From Trichosphaerium sp. ATCC 40318 (lineage: Eukaryota; Protista; Tubulinea): a stretch of 64,000 nucleotides of DNA. A model generated the notes under the pieces. That model was not told the origin of the DNA. It searched no databases and worked only from the letters and a program-made list of their open reading frames with translations. Where the stretch lies: NCBI GenBank assembly GCA_038496445.1, contig JALMLS010000304.1, positions 434,001 to 498,000 of the forward strand, in the 5' to 3' direction. Positions 19,675-33,951 of the stretch are shown here, piece by piece. A program made the translations under genes and the position numbers. Position 1 is the stretch's first letter. Each line of letters starts with the position of its first letter.

Positions 19675-21077
19675 TCATTTTCTTGGAGTTACGATGCCAC
19701 CTTTCTTTTGTGGCATGTAACGCTTGGCTTCTTCGAGTTGCTTTTCAACCCACTAAACAAGAGTAAGACTGGAGTATAACCTGAAAGATTAAAATCAAAA
19801 AATTCAATAATGCTTACCCAGATGTTTCCTTGTCCAGCTGGTACCTTCTTTGCGTTTGCAAGAGCAGCCTGTAATTTACATGAATAAAAGAAATAGGCGT
19901 TTCAATAGCGCACCTCTGCTTCTTTGAATTTATCGTTCAAGTTGTCAACAGCAGCATCAGCCTCAGCGGCAGCTGCAGCGGCTTTTTCAGCTGCTTCTTC
20001 TGCGCTCTTTCTAGATTCTTGAGCAACAGCAAGAGCAGCACTAGCTGCTTTACTGGTCTTCTCAGCCTTCTTTGCAGCGGCTGCAACAGTGATTTTTGCT
20101 TTACGTAGAGGTAAAGGATCCTCAGCGAGATGCTACAGAAAACGAAATCAGTTTACATTTTCTAACAAATGCGTCTGATGCTTTTGTAAGTACCTGTGCG
20201 AGCTCATTCTTTGCTCTGTTACGTGAAACAACACCACCTTGTTCGCTCTTGGCTTTAAGGTCTTCAGTTTTGTTATTGTAAGCATCTTCTTGGGCCTAAA
20301 TTGACTGTTAAAGATACGGAAAATAAAGATGTTTTTTTACCTTTAGGTTGGCAAGAGCGGCCTTTTGTTCTTCTTCAGCAGCCTTAGCTACCTTAGCACT
20401 AGCCTCAGAATCGGCCTCCTTTTGTCTGGCTTCTCCGGCTGCTTTGTTAGAAGTAATTTGTTCCTCACGAGCTGTTTCGGCCTTTGCTTGGGCTCCTGAA
20501 AGCGCTTCAAGAACATCTTTCATTTTTTGTTGTGCAATCCTGACTTCGTCTCCTTCGCCCTAACACCGTTTAGCACCAGTTTTTTCAGCTAGCCGGATGT
20601 CTTTGTAAAGTATTACCTGTGGACGTTCTACGAACACAGTGATTTCTTGTTTGAAGTGGTATAAACAGTACTCTATCAAAGCAAGGCGCTTGTTTTTATC
20701 CATATCGGCTGCAATGATTCTTTTCCTCATTTCCTTTACGGTTTGGGTTTCACCTATGCGCAAAGGAGTCAGTTGACGCGTCGACGGACAAATAATGGTC
20801 GAAACATACCTAATTTTTCCAAAAACCTGTGGGCGTTGAACCTGTAGTTGTTTAGCATCGCCACGGAGTATACAAAAAACGATTAAAGTTCGTACTCATC
20901 AAGATCTTTTCCTTCAGCGCCTTCCTCCTCATCGAGCTTGACGAACATCTCACACCACTCCCACACTTTATCAGCGTCATCTTTGTTTTCTAACCAGAAA
21001 GCGTTCAAAAACGCCTTTCCTTGGTCTGCGTAGCAAAGTTCGGTAAATGGTTTGAATTGTGCTGCAAGTGATGCCAT
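19675..21077 (-). CDS. ABP34-family (calcium-regulated actin-bundling, 'TolA-like') EF-hand protein
   Basis: QGKAFLNAFW, EF-hand DMDKNKRLALIEY, Ala/Glu/Lys coiled coil, C-terminal GNIWWVEKQLEEAKRYMPQKK. Matches the amoebozoan 34 kDa actin bundler pattern as I recall it (FLNAYW ... WWM.R.LEE.KKRY.PQKK). Confidence 0.85.
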
Positions 21078-21905
21078 GTTCGAGAGATTACTAGATTTGT
21101 GTTACTTAATCTGGATTTGCCATTCGATGTTAGAGACCATTTATTCGATGGGCGACCAGAAAAGGAGTCCCTTACAAGCAGGCAAAGAGAAAGCTGGCTT
21201 GAGATGCTAAAATGCAAACGTAAAACTGATTTGAGAGTTTGGCTTCGACTTTGCCCATAATACGCTACTAGCTCCGAACAAGGAGCGAATTACCTTTCCA
21301 AGTTTACGCAAACACCTTTTTATTTGTTGAGTAGTTGCAAGAAGCTCAAAAAAAAGCAGAAAAAAAAACTACAAAAAAGTTCTTCGTAGAGTGTTGCTAT
21401 GGGCACTCAGATCAGACATGTCAAGTCTCACCCTCATGCTAGGAGTATGTCTAGCAAGAGTCAGAATATACGACCCCTTGCGGTTTCGACATTGTTGTGT
21501 TGCTGAAGATGCCCGTTGACGCGTCTAGCACCAATTCCATTTGCCCTTTGCAACAATTCTTCAAGGATAGTGGCGATGCGGTCTTCCGTCCGGGGCCGTA
21601 CTCTGTATCGGTTGTGATTGTTGAATAATTTCTTGCGCTTTTAAACACGACTAATTGCAGAGAAAATAAAAAGTGGTTTGTGCATTATCCAACAAAATCA
21701 TCAGAAAAGCACTAGAACCTGCTACACATCAATGCGTTGCCCTCGAAAAAAGGTGGGAAGTTGCATATAACGTTCACGTAAAAATCTTCCAAGCATGTGT
21801 AAATAGTGAATCGCCAAGATGCAAAAAAAAAAAAATAGATATCGGAAGCTCTTGAAAACCTCTTCAATAACCTTCATCAAACGATTCTACGCCGTGTCAG
21901 TCGTC

Positions 21906-22173
21906 AATAATTATTTCAGCCGTGACAACTTTCTTCAGCAAGTCGTCTTTAAGATCACGTTTCTAGAACCGAAACACCTAAAATTGCTACTTCCTTGCCT
22001 TGTTATTTACGTGGCGGTTTGAGCGGAGGGTTATAATGTCTTACAAACCTAAATATATCACTAGCGTTTTGACGGCAGCCGTACATACACCAGAGTGCAC
22101 TGCGAACAATTTTTGTGCCGTTACGCCTCCTTTTAGCAAATCACGTTTAAGATCACGTTTGTAGATCCAAAAC
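21906..22173 (-). repeat. Diverged direct repeat pair (about 70 bp; 21906-21975 and 22105-22173), probable coding relic
   Basis: Shared core TTTAAGATCACGTTT. Minus-strand translations KRDLKRDLLKGGVTAQ vs KRDLKDDLLKKVVTAE. Confidence 0.6.
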
Positions 22174-22482
22174 GACGTAAATCTGGTGTAAGTCGTTGTT
22201 TTCACGCGCTGCCCTTTATCACGAGGACTATCCGGCCATACGAACCGAAAACTGAACCAGGACAATGCTAAAGGACCTTACGTAGCTTACGTAGTTACAT
22301 TGACCGAGCTGAACATTCATTGCGCAACAAGAAAGCCGGTATAAAACTCAATATGACTTGAGGTTGACTTTTTTTGAAAGAATTCAGAGGAAATAGAAAA
22401 AATCCGAAATCCTGAATAGCAATAAAGGCTTTTCGATTTGGTACATCTTTTTCGTTTGAACGCACTGGTCTTGAACTATGCC

Positions 22483-24928
22483 TTACTCTTGTTGTGGCAT
22501 ATATACTGATACAGAATCATCCATAAAACTTGTGGCATAGTAATAGCTATTCTTTTCAGAGGCTTTTGTAGTTGCTAGAAAAGAGAAGGTGAGTTATGGG
22601 TAAAACAATAAATATTGGTTAATTCACGTACTTTGACGCACTGGATTACATTCAAGAGTGAAGTCTACTGACCACGCTGGGCCACGGCGCGCATACCATG
22701 TATCAAAAATAGTGATGACCCAATTACCATCATTTTGAAGTTTAAGAGTGTGCTTTTTTTGATTCGATGTTGACCTGTCAAAAAAATATCCCATTGAGCA
22801 AAAACCAACACCCTATTATTATATGACGTACTTAGCTTTGTATGCTTTTATGTGAGCATAATCGCTTCCTTGGTTAGCATATATATGTAACCTCTTCGTT
22901 GTGCTTGAAATTGTTATTTTTGAAGGGCCTGAAGTTGAGCAAATGAAAGTCTTATACGGTTGCTAAACAAGATGATATTAGAACTATTTTGAAACTACTA
23001 AATAGACTTTGTACAATATATTTCATCGTTGCGTGAGCTAGGGTATTCTGATATATAACCATAGTATCTTCTAGATTAATATTCGGCGTTATCACTACGA
23101 GGTGTTAATACCATTCAAATAAAGTTAGTAAGAATATTTTTACTTTTCCAGCTGACTGAAACTGTTGCTTGTTCTCTTCGTGTTTGCCAGTATTTATCGT
23201 ATACCAACACGTAGTGTTTACCTTGGATACGGGTTTAAGTAAATATAGCAATCATATTCGCCAGTACTCACCTGAGACACTACTGCGGGCGAATTTAACG
23301 CCATCTTGGACTTTAGTCATATCTCGGATTGTGTTAACTTTTTTCTTGCAATGATATCGTTCAATGCCTTCATATTCTTTGACAACAATGCGTCAGATAC
23401 ACATAGAAAAAAAAAGTTGTTGCGGAATACCTTGGATATTCAGTAGTATCATTTGATGTAACCCGACATCGGTGAGCATTTGTGGTTCGTTAGGAATTAC
23501 TATTTCAATTAATGTAGCAGCAGCTTTGCCTAATACAATGTTGTTATGTACGATTGCAGGGAGAAAAACCAATTACCATCAAAGACAATTTTGCAAGGAG
23601 CATCACATGTTTTAGTATCAACTTTAGGTTTAAGCACTATTACATTTTAGACAACACCGATAAACCACATTGAATAGTGGCTAATAATTAGCAGGAGTTT
23701 GTTGTTCGTACATTCTGTTTCTATTTCGAAAGGCTCTTCTTTAGTTAATGTATACTTGCTTTGTACTGTCATTGTATATAAACCACTCAACCACAACGCC
23801 TGGCAAGCACTGGATTCATCTAGGTGAGTATATTAGAGATTGAGACTATAGAACAGTTGTACCAGCTGTTTTTTGTCCTGATGCAGTGTTATGTGTTAGA
23901 GTACCTATTACATCTCCCCGTACACGCGCAATAAGTCTAATATTGTTACACACGCATTTGCTAAATCTCGTACCCATAATCCAGACCAAAGCATTCCTAA
24001 AGATTTTATCAATAAAAGAAAAAAATAAAAAAAATGAACGTACGTCGCTATAGTCAGTTACAGGTATACTGAAATTTATTTTGTCGTGGTAAGGTGATAG
24101 TGTATCCTTGACAACGGAACCAAAGTTGGCTTGTTTTGATCGTTGTGTGGGTGTTGGAAGAGTAACCTGAGTGCGTTAACAAACTTGAGTAAATTTCTTG
24201 ATTTCTCTTACTTCAGCGATAAGTTGTGCTTTTATCATTGCATTCAATGCTCCCTTCTGCTTCGGATATGCTAGCTGTCAATGTATTTAACAAGAATCAC
24301 ATGTGCATAAAAGCAAGGAAGGACATACTTTTACATTGTAGGTGCCAATGGCGTGCTCTATCTTTAAAATCTTGAACTTCGATGCCGTTGTATTATTTTT
24401 TTCATAAGTTGGTTTGTCACCAACACGCTTCCCTACTGACACGTGCAAGTCGCAATTATCACCAGAGCAACCAACCTTGATTAAAGAGGGTCAGCTGGTA
24501 CAATCTTAATACAATCTGGAGCACCTGAACCAGCAATCGACACAATGTTGGGCAATCTACCTATATTTGTTTTAGTGTTGTCGTACTACAAGTTTCGCTG
24601 GTGTCAGTACCGTAAAACAACGCTCAGAATCGTGTGGTACTGTGACATCTATTTTTTTATTCAATTCTAGCTTTGTTGGCTCTAATAATTAAGAATGTCA
24701 GTATCTTACCTTTTAATTATCATAGTAATATGTTTTCTACGCACTCTTAGCTATTGCGAGGGTTTTAGCGTCTGGTTGAACAAAAGCTGAGCCTTTCACG
24801 TTTGTATAGTATTCGTTGTATGAATCTGTCGGTTTTGATGCGGTTTTAGGCGATTTCACCGGTTCCTGTGCTTGAGGAGAATACAAAGATGTCGAAGATA
24901 GTGGCGTTTCGCCCCAAAAGTATTGCAT
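22483..24928 (-). CDS. Multi-exon protein of unknown function, beta-rich (possibly tandem PPC-like beta-sandwich domains)
   Basis: Regular minus-strand GT..AG introns separate open exons (GCSGDNCDLHVSVG, ITISSTTKRLHIYANQG, HTLKLQNDGNWVITIFD). No family recognised with confidence. Confidence 0.55.
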
Positions 24929-25155
24929 TCGCTATTGATCTTACTATACTCCGTTGTGTGTCTACGAAATGAACGTCAACAAAAACACGTTGACAAAACT
25001 ATTGAATAACGCTTATAATTTGATATACGTACCTTTACTGTGCTACTCCTTCGCTCCGTAATTCAAATCTGAGATTAATGTTGATCGTACTTTACAAATG
25101 TTAAGTTGCATGTTTTACCTTTGTTTACCACTGTATTTACGTTAGTTAACGCGCT

Positions 25156-28100
25156 ATGGCAGACAATTACGGTATTACCGTAACGGCAAGTTCCATAGCA
25201 GCGAAGCATCCTCCCCAAACAACGAATGGTAATTCAAGTGGACCTCCTCCAGTGGACAGTTATGGTATTGCTGTAACGCCCAGTTCTATTGCGGTACCAA
25301 ATAGACCCAAGAAGCATCGATCCAGAAAAAAGCTTTTAGACACAGTAGCTCCACCAACTGACAGGTACGCTAAGAAAATACCATATTCTTGTATCACGTG
25401 ATCAAATCTTAATGAATAAAAAAAGTTATGGAGCTACTCTTGTAGCAAGCAATGCGCAACATGCGAGCAACCCACTAGGTGCTATGAGTGATTCTGATAC
25501 CTCTGGCTCTTCGGATTCAGAAAGGTCTTATTCAAGTGAATCAGATACACGTGCGTATCTTTTTTGTGCTTTCGAGACTAAAGTGATGAGTTTCGCGCAG
25601 TTTTTGTTATGAGGCTGAAATTATAATAACGCTTTTTCGTTTCAGAGATAGGAAACCATGCTGGGCCAGGACTGATCGATACTGTTCGTAGGGACAGCAC
25701 GATATCGTTATCCACTGATGATAGAAGCGTAACAAGTTCTTCTGGTTCAGACGTTCCTCCAGCAACTCCAAGAGCTGGTAGAAGGTTACTAGCCACTACA
25801 CGTGCTCGAAGCACTTCTCAAGTTGTTAACAGTAGGTCGTCAACACCTAAACAGATGAGGCCTCCCCAACAGACTGCTAGTATGCTCAAATGGATTATCC
25901 TTCAATAATTTACGTTTAGGGTTCGACGCTGAGAGAGATTGGAATGCTGTGCGATTTTGCTTTATGTTTTTTAATGATGTCAAACTCATTTCGTTGAAAA
26001 GGAGTACCAAGCCATTCTTCAAAAAAAGGACGAAGATCAAGAAAAATATAGTGAACTTCATTGTCTCGCAAAGGATTTTATTTATGCAGCAAAGACATAC
26101 GGAAAAGTAAGCAAAAAAAAGAACGAAAGAGTTTTGATGTGGTTTTCACTCTCTTGTAGATTATTATTAGTGAAAAATACTTACCATGTGAGCGTAAAAC
26201 TATCAAACCATTAGACATTGGCGGTATTGCTGGTGGTGTTAAGGTAATTTTCATACACGTTTTCTAATATTCTTAACACGTGTTCTTGCTTTGTAGTATC
26301 TTGCTCAAGGCATTTTATTTAAATTTGCAGTTGATACACAAAGAGGTGAATACTGGGTGTATGGTGTAAGTATTGATAAAAAAACAATCACAAGATTTGA
26401 TTATGTCCTAGAACGAAGAGCGTGCTGATGATATGGCAGCAAAGGCAGCAGGTCATGAGGTACATATTTCTATGTTTTTGTATAGTCACTAATACGTTGT
26501 AAAAAAGTTGAAAGGGTTGATCAGTTACCTCAATAGTACGCTTTATTTTATTCTACTCGTTTAATAAGGTTTCAGCACGTGATGCTGCGCCTTTATTACA
26601 CTACCCTCTTATGGCTCTTATCGATTACAGGTAATGTATTTAGTGTATTTTTTGGCTTATTCTTTCTTAGAGGATTTCGGTTAGAAGCTCAAACGTTCCT
26701 ACCAATCAGTTCCAAGACTTTGATGTACGGTTCAGCTGATGGAGGTAACAAAATTGACTTGGTTACAATTGTTTAATACTATTGTAAGGCCATTCTGCTC
26801 ATGCAGAGATCACACAACTAAATAAACAAATGAGAAAGGCTGGCAAGCATCTAAATCTTCGTGGACACTGGGTAGGCCATACGGGAAAGAAGAAAATATA
26901 CACCTGTGGTGATATTGAAGGACACAAATCTACCAAAGATGGAAGGTATTATGTTGTGGGTACGTATGTACTTTTAACACCACTAATTGACAATGTCATT
27001 GTAGATACCGCACGTGTATTTCCACCAGAGAGTCCGCCACCCAATGGAGCACCAAGATCAAAAGCAATTTATTTAGTAAGATTGCTACGTCCAGGTAAAT
27101 TATTTGTTCTAGTATCGACTTGTCTAACTAACTTCCAAAGAATTCGTGAAATCGTATTCAAAGCCACTGAATAGTGATGCTGGTAAGCTTACTGTATGGT
27201 TTTTTGGTATTGATTGTTTTTTATAGGTCTTGGATTCTGTTGCGATTCAGAAGAGCGTGACAGTTCAAGAAAACGCGTTTTGACAGCTGCTCAGATTCTT
27301 CTAACTAAGATTATACCTGAGTTTGCGCACGTGATTTTGTTTTTCTATTCACTCTTTCTGAACTAACTTTTTCATGTAGTAAGAACTTGACAGCTCTCCA
27401 ACCAAGAGAGTTATATAGTTTAATGTGAGTGTAGCACGCATGAAAGTCTAACAAGAATGAACTAAGCTTTTTTATTTAGAAACACGTTGCCTTACGAACT
27501 TCACCGACAAGGAGTAAGTTGTTTGTCCTTATTTCACAACTATTACTAACTGCAATGTTTCCAAGATAAACCTCAGACACCTCGGGCGTATTAGAAAATC
27601 AGTAAAGGGAGCTAATGCTGATAAAGCGAAGAAAATTCTTCTTGGGGAGGTATGTCTCCTACTTGGGCGCTTACTGAACTGTTGTCCGTTTTAATTTTTT
27701 AAAAGATGATTGCACGTGTTATAAAGAATGAAACAAGGCGTATAATCCGTGAAAAGATGGAAGAAATTAAAATACCTTCCTCGAGACCATACTTGGAGAC
27801 TGTTTCTCAATATTTTAACGATTTACTATCTAATGACGAGAACTGGGTTTCTGGGATTAAAAAAGTGCGAATTTCGTAAAGATGATATGTTAATTTTTTG
27901 TATTATAGTTGCTCGAAGACGCTTTCCCTGGAGCGCTTACGAATAAAGAAAAATCAGAAGATTTTGATTTACGTGATTCTTTCGAGTTGAGTCGGACAAT
28001 GAAAAAGGTGCGTGTGGGGTTGTTTAAAGCTTGCTCTTACCGCACTTAAATACATATCTACTTTTGCTTTTATGCTCACTGACCTTTTTTTTTCAGGTTG

Positions 28101-31100
28101 GGCACTTATCGGGTATTGCTGTATGTAACTTTTTCATTGTTTTTTAAACACGTGATTATTAATTTTTTGATTTTGCGCAGCTTTCCCAAGATGTACATAA
28201 ACAAATCAAGCAAAATGCAACAAGTGTAAGAGTTCTTCCAAATGATGTATTAAAGATGAAGGCTATGGTTAAACATATCGATATTATTGATTTTGCAGAG
28301 GTAAAAAAACAAACGCTTTTGTCTTCTTTTTAATGCCCTCACTTATTAACAATGTTGCAGGCTATGCATCGATTAGAACAGGCACATAGGATAAGTATAT
28401 TAGTTCTTAATAAATCAAGTAGGCGTTAGAGTACCTTGACGAAACAAGACCAGGTCATGCTGAAAGAATGTTTGGTGTACTGAGAACTTGCAAACTTATG
28501 TGATGTTTACTTCCTCTTAGGCTGCGTCTGAGAAATTTTACCGTGCTTTAGCTCTCAACACCACAAATCCAGATACATTGCATGTGCTTATTTTCCAGAT
28601 TAAAGAGCTAACAGATATACAGGTTCTATTTGGGATTCACCTTACTTCGCCACAGCGAGTTATTAGAAGGGCAGGAAATGACAAGAAAGTTACTGAGCGC
28701 AGAACGAGAGATGAGTAGATGTCGTGAAGTAAGTAGTTTCCCAATGCTAAATAGTTGAAGTAACATTGTTGCAGCTTGGTCATGATGACGCACCTCTATT
28801 CTTGGGTATAATATTAATTGAACTTGCAGTTCTACATAGATCTGCACCAAACAAACAAGATTCTTACTATGCTCGTGCTGGTACGCTTTTTTATCAACTT
28901 CTAAAAAACCCCCTACTCTAACAACAGAGAAGTCAGTACAATCGAACAATGGGCTACCACTCCTGAGAATGTTGCTGAGATTGGCGACGAAGCTGCAAAA
29001 GCAATAGATGATCTACCGCCGCCTTTCCATGGTGATATTGACGACACTGAACTTCAATTCATGGTATGACCTTTAGATCTTTACCTGTATTTACTTGAGG
29101 CGTAGGAATCTTCTCCCGATTTGTTCTTTAAAGAAAATCCATCAAGGCATACAATAGAGCATTATATTATGAAGTTTGAAAGAGCGTAAGATCTTAGTCA
29201 TATTTTTACACGTGTTTTAAAGTCTATTTTTAGCTTCTTTTGGCAAAAGCTGTACCTCCGTATCAAACAAACATCAGACACTGTAGAAGGGTACTAGAGA
29301 TTCGTGGTTTTTTTTTTAATTTACCACTACACAGGTTAGCAGAAGTACTTAGATATTGGGGTTTCTTTATTGAACGTAACTGTGACTACATTAAGAATGT
29401 GCCACACGTCCCAGATTACAATTATTTATATGCACGGTGAGTCTTAAATATAAATGACTCGTTCAATACCAAAGCGCCTCTAACCAATTACAAATTAGTG
29501 CAGGATCAGTACTTGAGTTTGCTATTCAAACAGGCAGTACTGTTTCAGATATGAATCAAGTCTACGCTGTTTTTCGTGCTAGAGAGCTAGCTATGAAGGT
29601 TAGAGGACCTCCACCACCTAATAGTAGAGCAGCAAATATAGTCAACACTGCAATGACTGCAGGCGTAAGAGCTGCTCATAGTATGGAGCAATCAGATAGG
29701 TACAAACGAGAAAATAAATCAGTCGGTTTTTCTTCTTTCGCAATCTCGCAAAAAACTTGATGGTTTATTGCCTTTTCTAGCAAGAAGTATAACCCAAGAA
29801 GACTCAGTAAACATGTACCCAACATGTGGAGTAAGTCACGCGACACGCTCACTCGTGGTTCACGAGAAAATTTGTAAGTTTGACTCTGTATTAAGGCGAT
29901 TCTACTTCTAAACAATATGGTAGAAGAGATACCTTGGAACATAACAAACACAATGACCCAATGTTACAAGGTAAGTGACATAGTTAACTAAAGCTCTAGA
30001 GAAATTTAACTTAACTTTTTATTTGATAAAGAACCTGAAGAGGTAAACAGTAACCAAGAAAAGTTCACTGTAAAAATGCTTGCACACTCGAGCTTGAATA
30101 AGGCTTACACGGTTTGGTCCCCTCAAGGTATGAAACCTTCGCAAAACCCAGATGTATATTTTGAGGTTTTATTAACTGTGTTTCCCCATCACAGAACGTC
30201 AGCTTCTACCAACAATCAGATCAACTTTTGTTGATTCCAATTTAAGAAGTTCAAATGCAAAACCAGAAGTCATGTTTCACGGTTCGTGTCTGCTCTATTT
30301 TTATTAAATCCAACTCTTTACCGTTTTTAACGATATGTGTTGATTTATTTTCCGCATAGATGACGAAAAAGTATTTGAATCAATAGGATGGGTTAACATA
30401 AGTCTCGATTTCGATTTTAGTAATTTTTACTTGGATAGAATTGCTATTGAACTACCAAATTTACACTTTGAAAAGTAATTTCTTTTCCTCTTGCCCCTAA
30501 ACACACTTATGTATAACTTTCAAAATATAGGCATGCAGATCGTAAAATAACTACGATGGGACGTATGTATGTGGTTCTGTGTGAAAGTACGTTTTTCTGT
30601 TATATGTAATCTCTTTTTTAAGCACAAAATATTCTCCACTTGTAGCCACTTTAACCAGTGGTACCTTGGGTTGTTTTATTTTACCTCTGTAAATTTGACA
30701 ATACGACTTTTTTTGTGAGACCTTTTATGTTGCGAAGAAAATACAATACAAGATTATTAGAGGTTGTTTTTTACCATTTTGTGTAGCCCGTAAACACGAA
30801 ATGGAATATCGTAGAATGACTCAAGATGATTATGAAAAAGCTCAAGGAGATGCAAAGAGTAAATACAGACTAAGTGGTGATTATATTACACCTGATGCGA
30901 AGTATTTTGGAATTTCAAATAACCTTCCAAAGCAAAAGTTTAAGATTATGAGAAATGGATGCTATATCTTCTTGAGTACGCTTTATTTAAAATCATGTCT
31001 AGTGCAAATATTTATACTTATTTAACCTTTTAGAGATTTTCCCAAATAATAATTCTGAGGACTCACAGGAAAAGATTCTTATAAAGAACATCAGTGCGCT

Positions 31101-33951
31101 TCGGTTTTTTCTATTCTCATTTTTTTCTTACCTTGTTACGCCCTATTATTAACTTATTATTAACAATAGAGTTCTATGGTCACTTTTGCGGTACAACACC
31201 TAAACTATTTAGTGAACCAGCCTTTTGAACTGATTGTTTGTTAGAAAAAATAAAAGCAAGATCAAACACATTCGGACAAAGACCAATGGTACCAAAAAAC
31301 GCCTTTGATAACATTTTTGCACCTACTCAAATAATAATTTCTTCTCTAAAAGGATGCACTTCTTCAGGCTCTACCTAAAGGTACTTTAATACATATACAC
31401 AACCATCATGAACCATTTGAGTTCTGTAAAACTCACTTTTGTAGTGTCCACAATCCACAAGGCGTTTTCGAACTCCAAAGAGATGGCGCTTCTATTCAGG
31501 TTATGCAAGACATCAGATTTTCTACGCGATGTCATTCAGTAAGATATTAGCATGTTCTTGCATATACTAACTCTTCGTTAGTCAAATTATGTTCAACCAC
31601 AATGGTGCATTAAAACAGTTAACATTTAGAAGATTCTTATTTGAACGAGAAAGAAAGTAAGCTAATATTTCTATCTTAACATAACCACAGTTCATTTTCT
31701 TACTTTCATTACCTTAGCAATGCATACGATGATACATCATGCTCGGATATAAGGCACGTGTTTTTTTTGTTTTTGATATCTCGTTCTAGGCATTTGTTGA
31801 GTTATGCTTACTGAAGCTGTTGTCTACTGTCAATGTTTTTATCTTAACTCTCTTTTAGTTTCAAAGGCTTGCCTTTCCGAGATAACTTCCCAATGACATG
31901 TTTCAATGATCTTTGTTCCCATATAATAACTACAGTGGATTTTGGAGATCTAAAAGGTGTTGATGATGGTCTAGTTTCTAAACTTGCCCATACATGTAAT
32001 AACCTCATTTCCCTTAACCTGAAAGGATGTAAGAACCTTACTAAATACTCTCTTGTCGCGCTACGAACTGCATGCACAACTCTACGGTACAACGTTCAAG
32101 CCCTTTCTTGTTTTCATACAAAAATCAATTAAAAAAAATAACAATGTTTAGACACTTGTGTTTGTGGGAAACTATTACAGATAAAGGCAAGTGTCAATCC
32201 TGTGTAATTTACTTACATATGTTAGCAACATCTGCATTGTTAAAATTCTCCACTCAACTTCGTTATCTCGACTTTTCTCGCTGCATTACCTTTTCAGGAG
32301 CAAAGATATTTGCTACAAAACAAAGCCATCAAATGTCACCTATAAAATGGCTTGATGTATCGGGATGTCCTAGACTGAGCTTGTACGCGTTGTCAAAATA
32401 TCTAAAGACGTCAGGGGCGAGACTAAAAGGTCTCATACTTTCGCAGGTAATTGGTTTTGACAGTTTTCCTTAAATTTTTTCAAGTAACACTATAAATAGT
32501 ATGCTATCAGATTCCGTGCCAAGGACGACGAACTTCGTAATCTTCCAGATGTTGGCGATAAATTTATTAAAGAGATAGCAAAGTCTTGTACAAGGTTAAC
32601 AGTCCTCAACTTGGACTTCTGTGGACTAACCGACGTGTACTGCAAAAAAACCAAAAAAACCTAATATTTACTGTTCTGTTAGTGGTGTGGCCGAGATTGC
32701 ACAAAACTGCCCTGAACTATGTGAAATATCATTCTTTGGATGTAATAGCGTATCAGACGCAGGACTAGTACGTCAACTTATTGATATAGACCTAGTACAC
32801 TAATAAAAATACTAGTGCATGTTGGCAAAGAACTGTACTAAGTTGATAAGCTTCAACGTTAAAGCAAAGGGTCGTAGGTCCAATGCACTCAAACACACGG
32901 ATAGGGTACGCATAGTTAATAAGTAACTTAGCCCGTTACAACCATTTGTGTACCACTTAATGCTGTCGACTAAAACCTTTACAACCTTCATTTTTTTAGT
33001 GCCTTGTTAATTTTGTTCTAACGCCATTGTGCAGGTTGGAGAAGGTTTTGTCAATCAGCTAGTACAATCCCCAAGACGTATAACATGCTTAAATCTCAGC
33101 GAATGTTTTGGCATTTCTGATAAAAGTACGCTAGCACTTTCTTTTATCTAGTATCTAAATATCCGTTTAGCGTTTGGTCCTTTGTTGCAACTGGTTTCTT
33201 CGACTCTGAGGGTTTTGAATATATCCACTTGCAGTCAATTAACAGACAGTTCCGTTAAGTATATTGCTGGTTGCGAACGCCTTGTAGAACTACAGCTCGC
33301 AGGTAGGGATAGATCCAAGATATACTCCAATTCTATTTGACGTTCTGTTCTTCAACCACTTGTTTAACTGCATTTGTTTTAGGTTGTATCAATATTTCTA
33401 GAAGCACTATAAGATCCATACTCTCGGGATGTGACGTACTCACTAGAGTTGGGTTGGCCGGGTGCAAGGTATGGTCTACAAGAGCTAAAAAATCGTTACC
33501 TGACAGGTGTTTAACATTTGTTTATAGGTTGGAGATGCTGATGTACGCGGTTTCCTTGAATCGCCAACAAAGCAAATACACACTGTGCTACTCGGAGGAT
33601 GTACTGAGATTACTGATGTTACAATCAACAGGTACACCGAATAAGCCACGTGTTTACTTTTTTCGACTTTTTTCTTACTTTTTTCTACAGTTTGGCCAGG
33701 CACTCCGAGTTGAGAATACTAGATATCAACCAATGTGACTCTGGTAAGTCTAACATGCGCTATTGTGATACTACACAAATGAAAAGACTAAAACCTTACT
33801 AGTTACTGGACAAACGCTTATTGAATTTGGAAAGATGGTGCCAAACTTACAAGTTTTGTATATTGGTCCTTCTTCATTTATAACAGCACAGAACATCCTT
33901 GATCTTAAGAAAATCCTGTATCAGACAAGGTTCTTTGATGCAGGAAAATAA
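25156..33951 (+). CDS. Large CLU-domain protein with helical/TPR-like middle and C-terminal Cys-containing (AMN1/FBXL-type) LRRs; possibly two genes
   Basis: CLU motifs DFIYAAKTYGKIIISE, GGIAGGVKY, ILFKFAVD, AAKAAGHELKG, MALIDYRGFRL, TLMYGSADGG, CGDIEGH, GRYYVVDTARVFPPE. LRRs LISLNLKGCKNLT, LRYLDFSRC, IKWLDVSGCPRLS. Stop at 33949-33951. I saw no clear intergenic gap but did not verify continuity across all exons. Confidence 0.75.
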
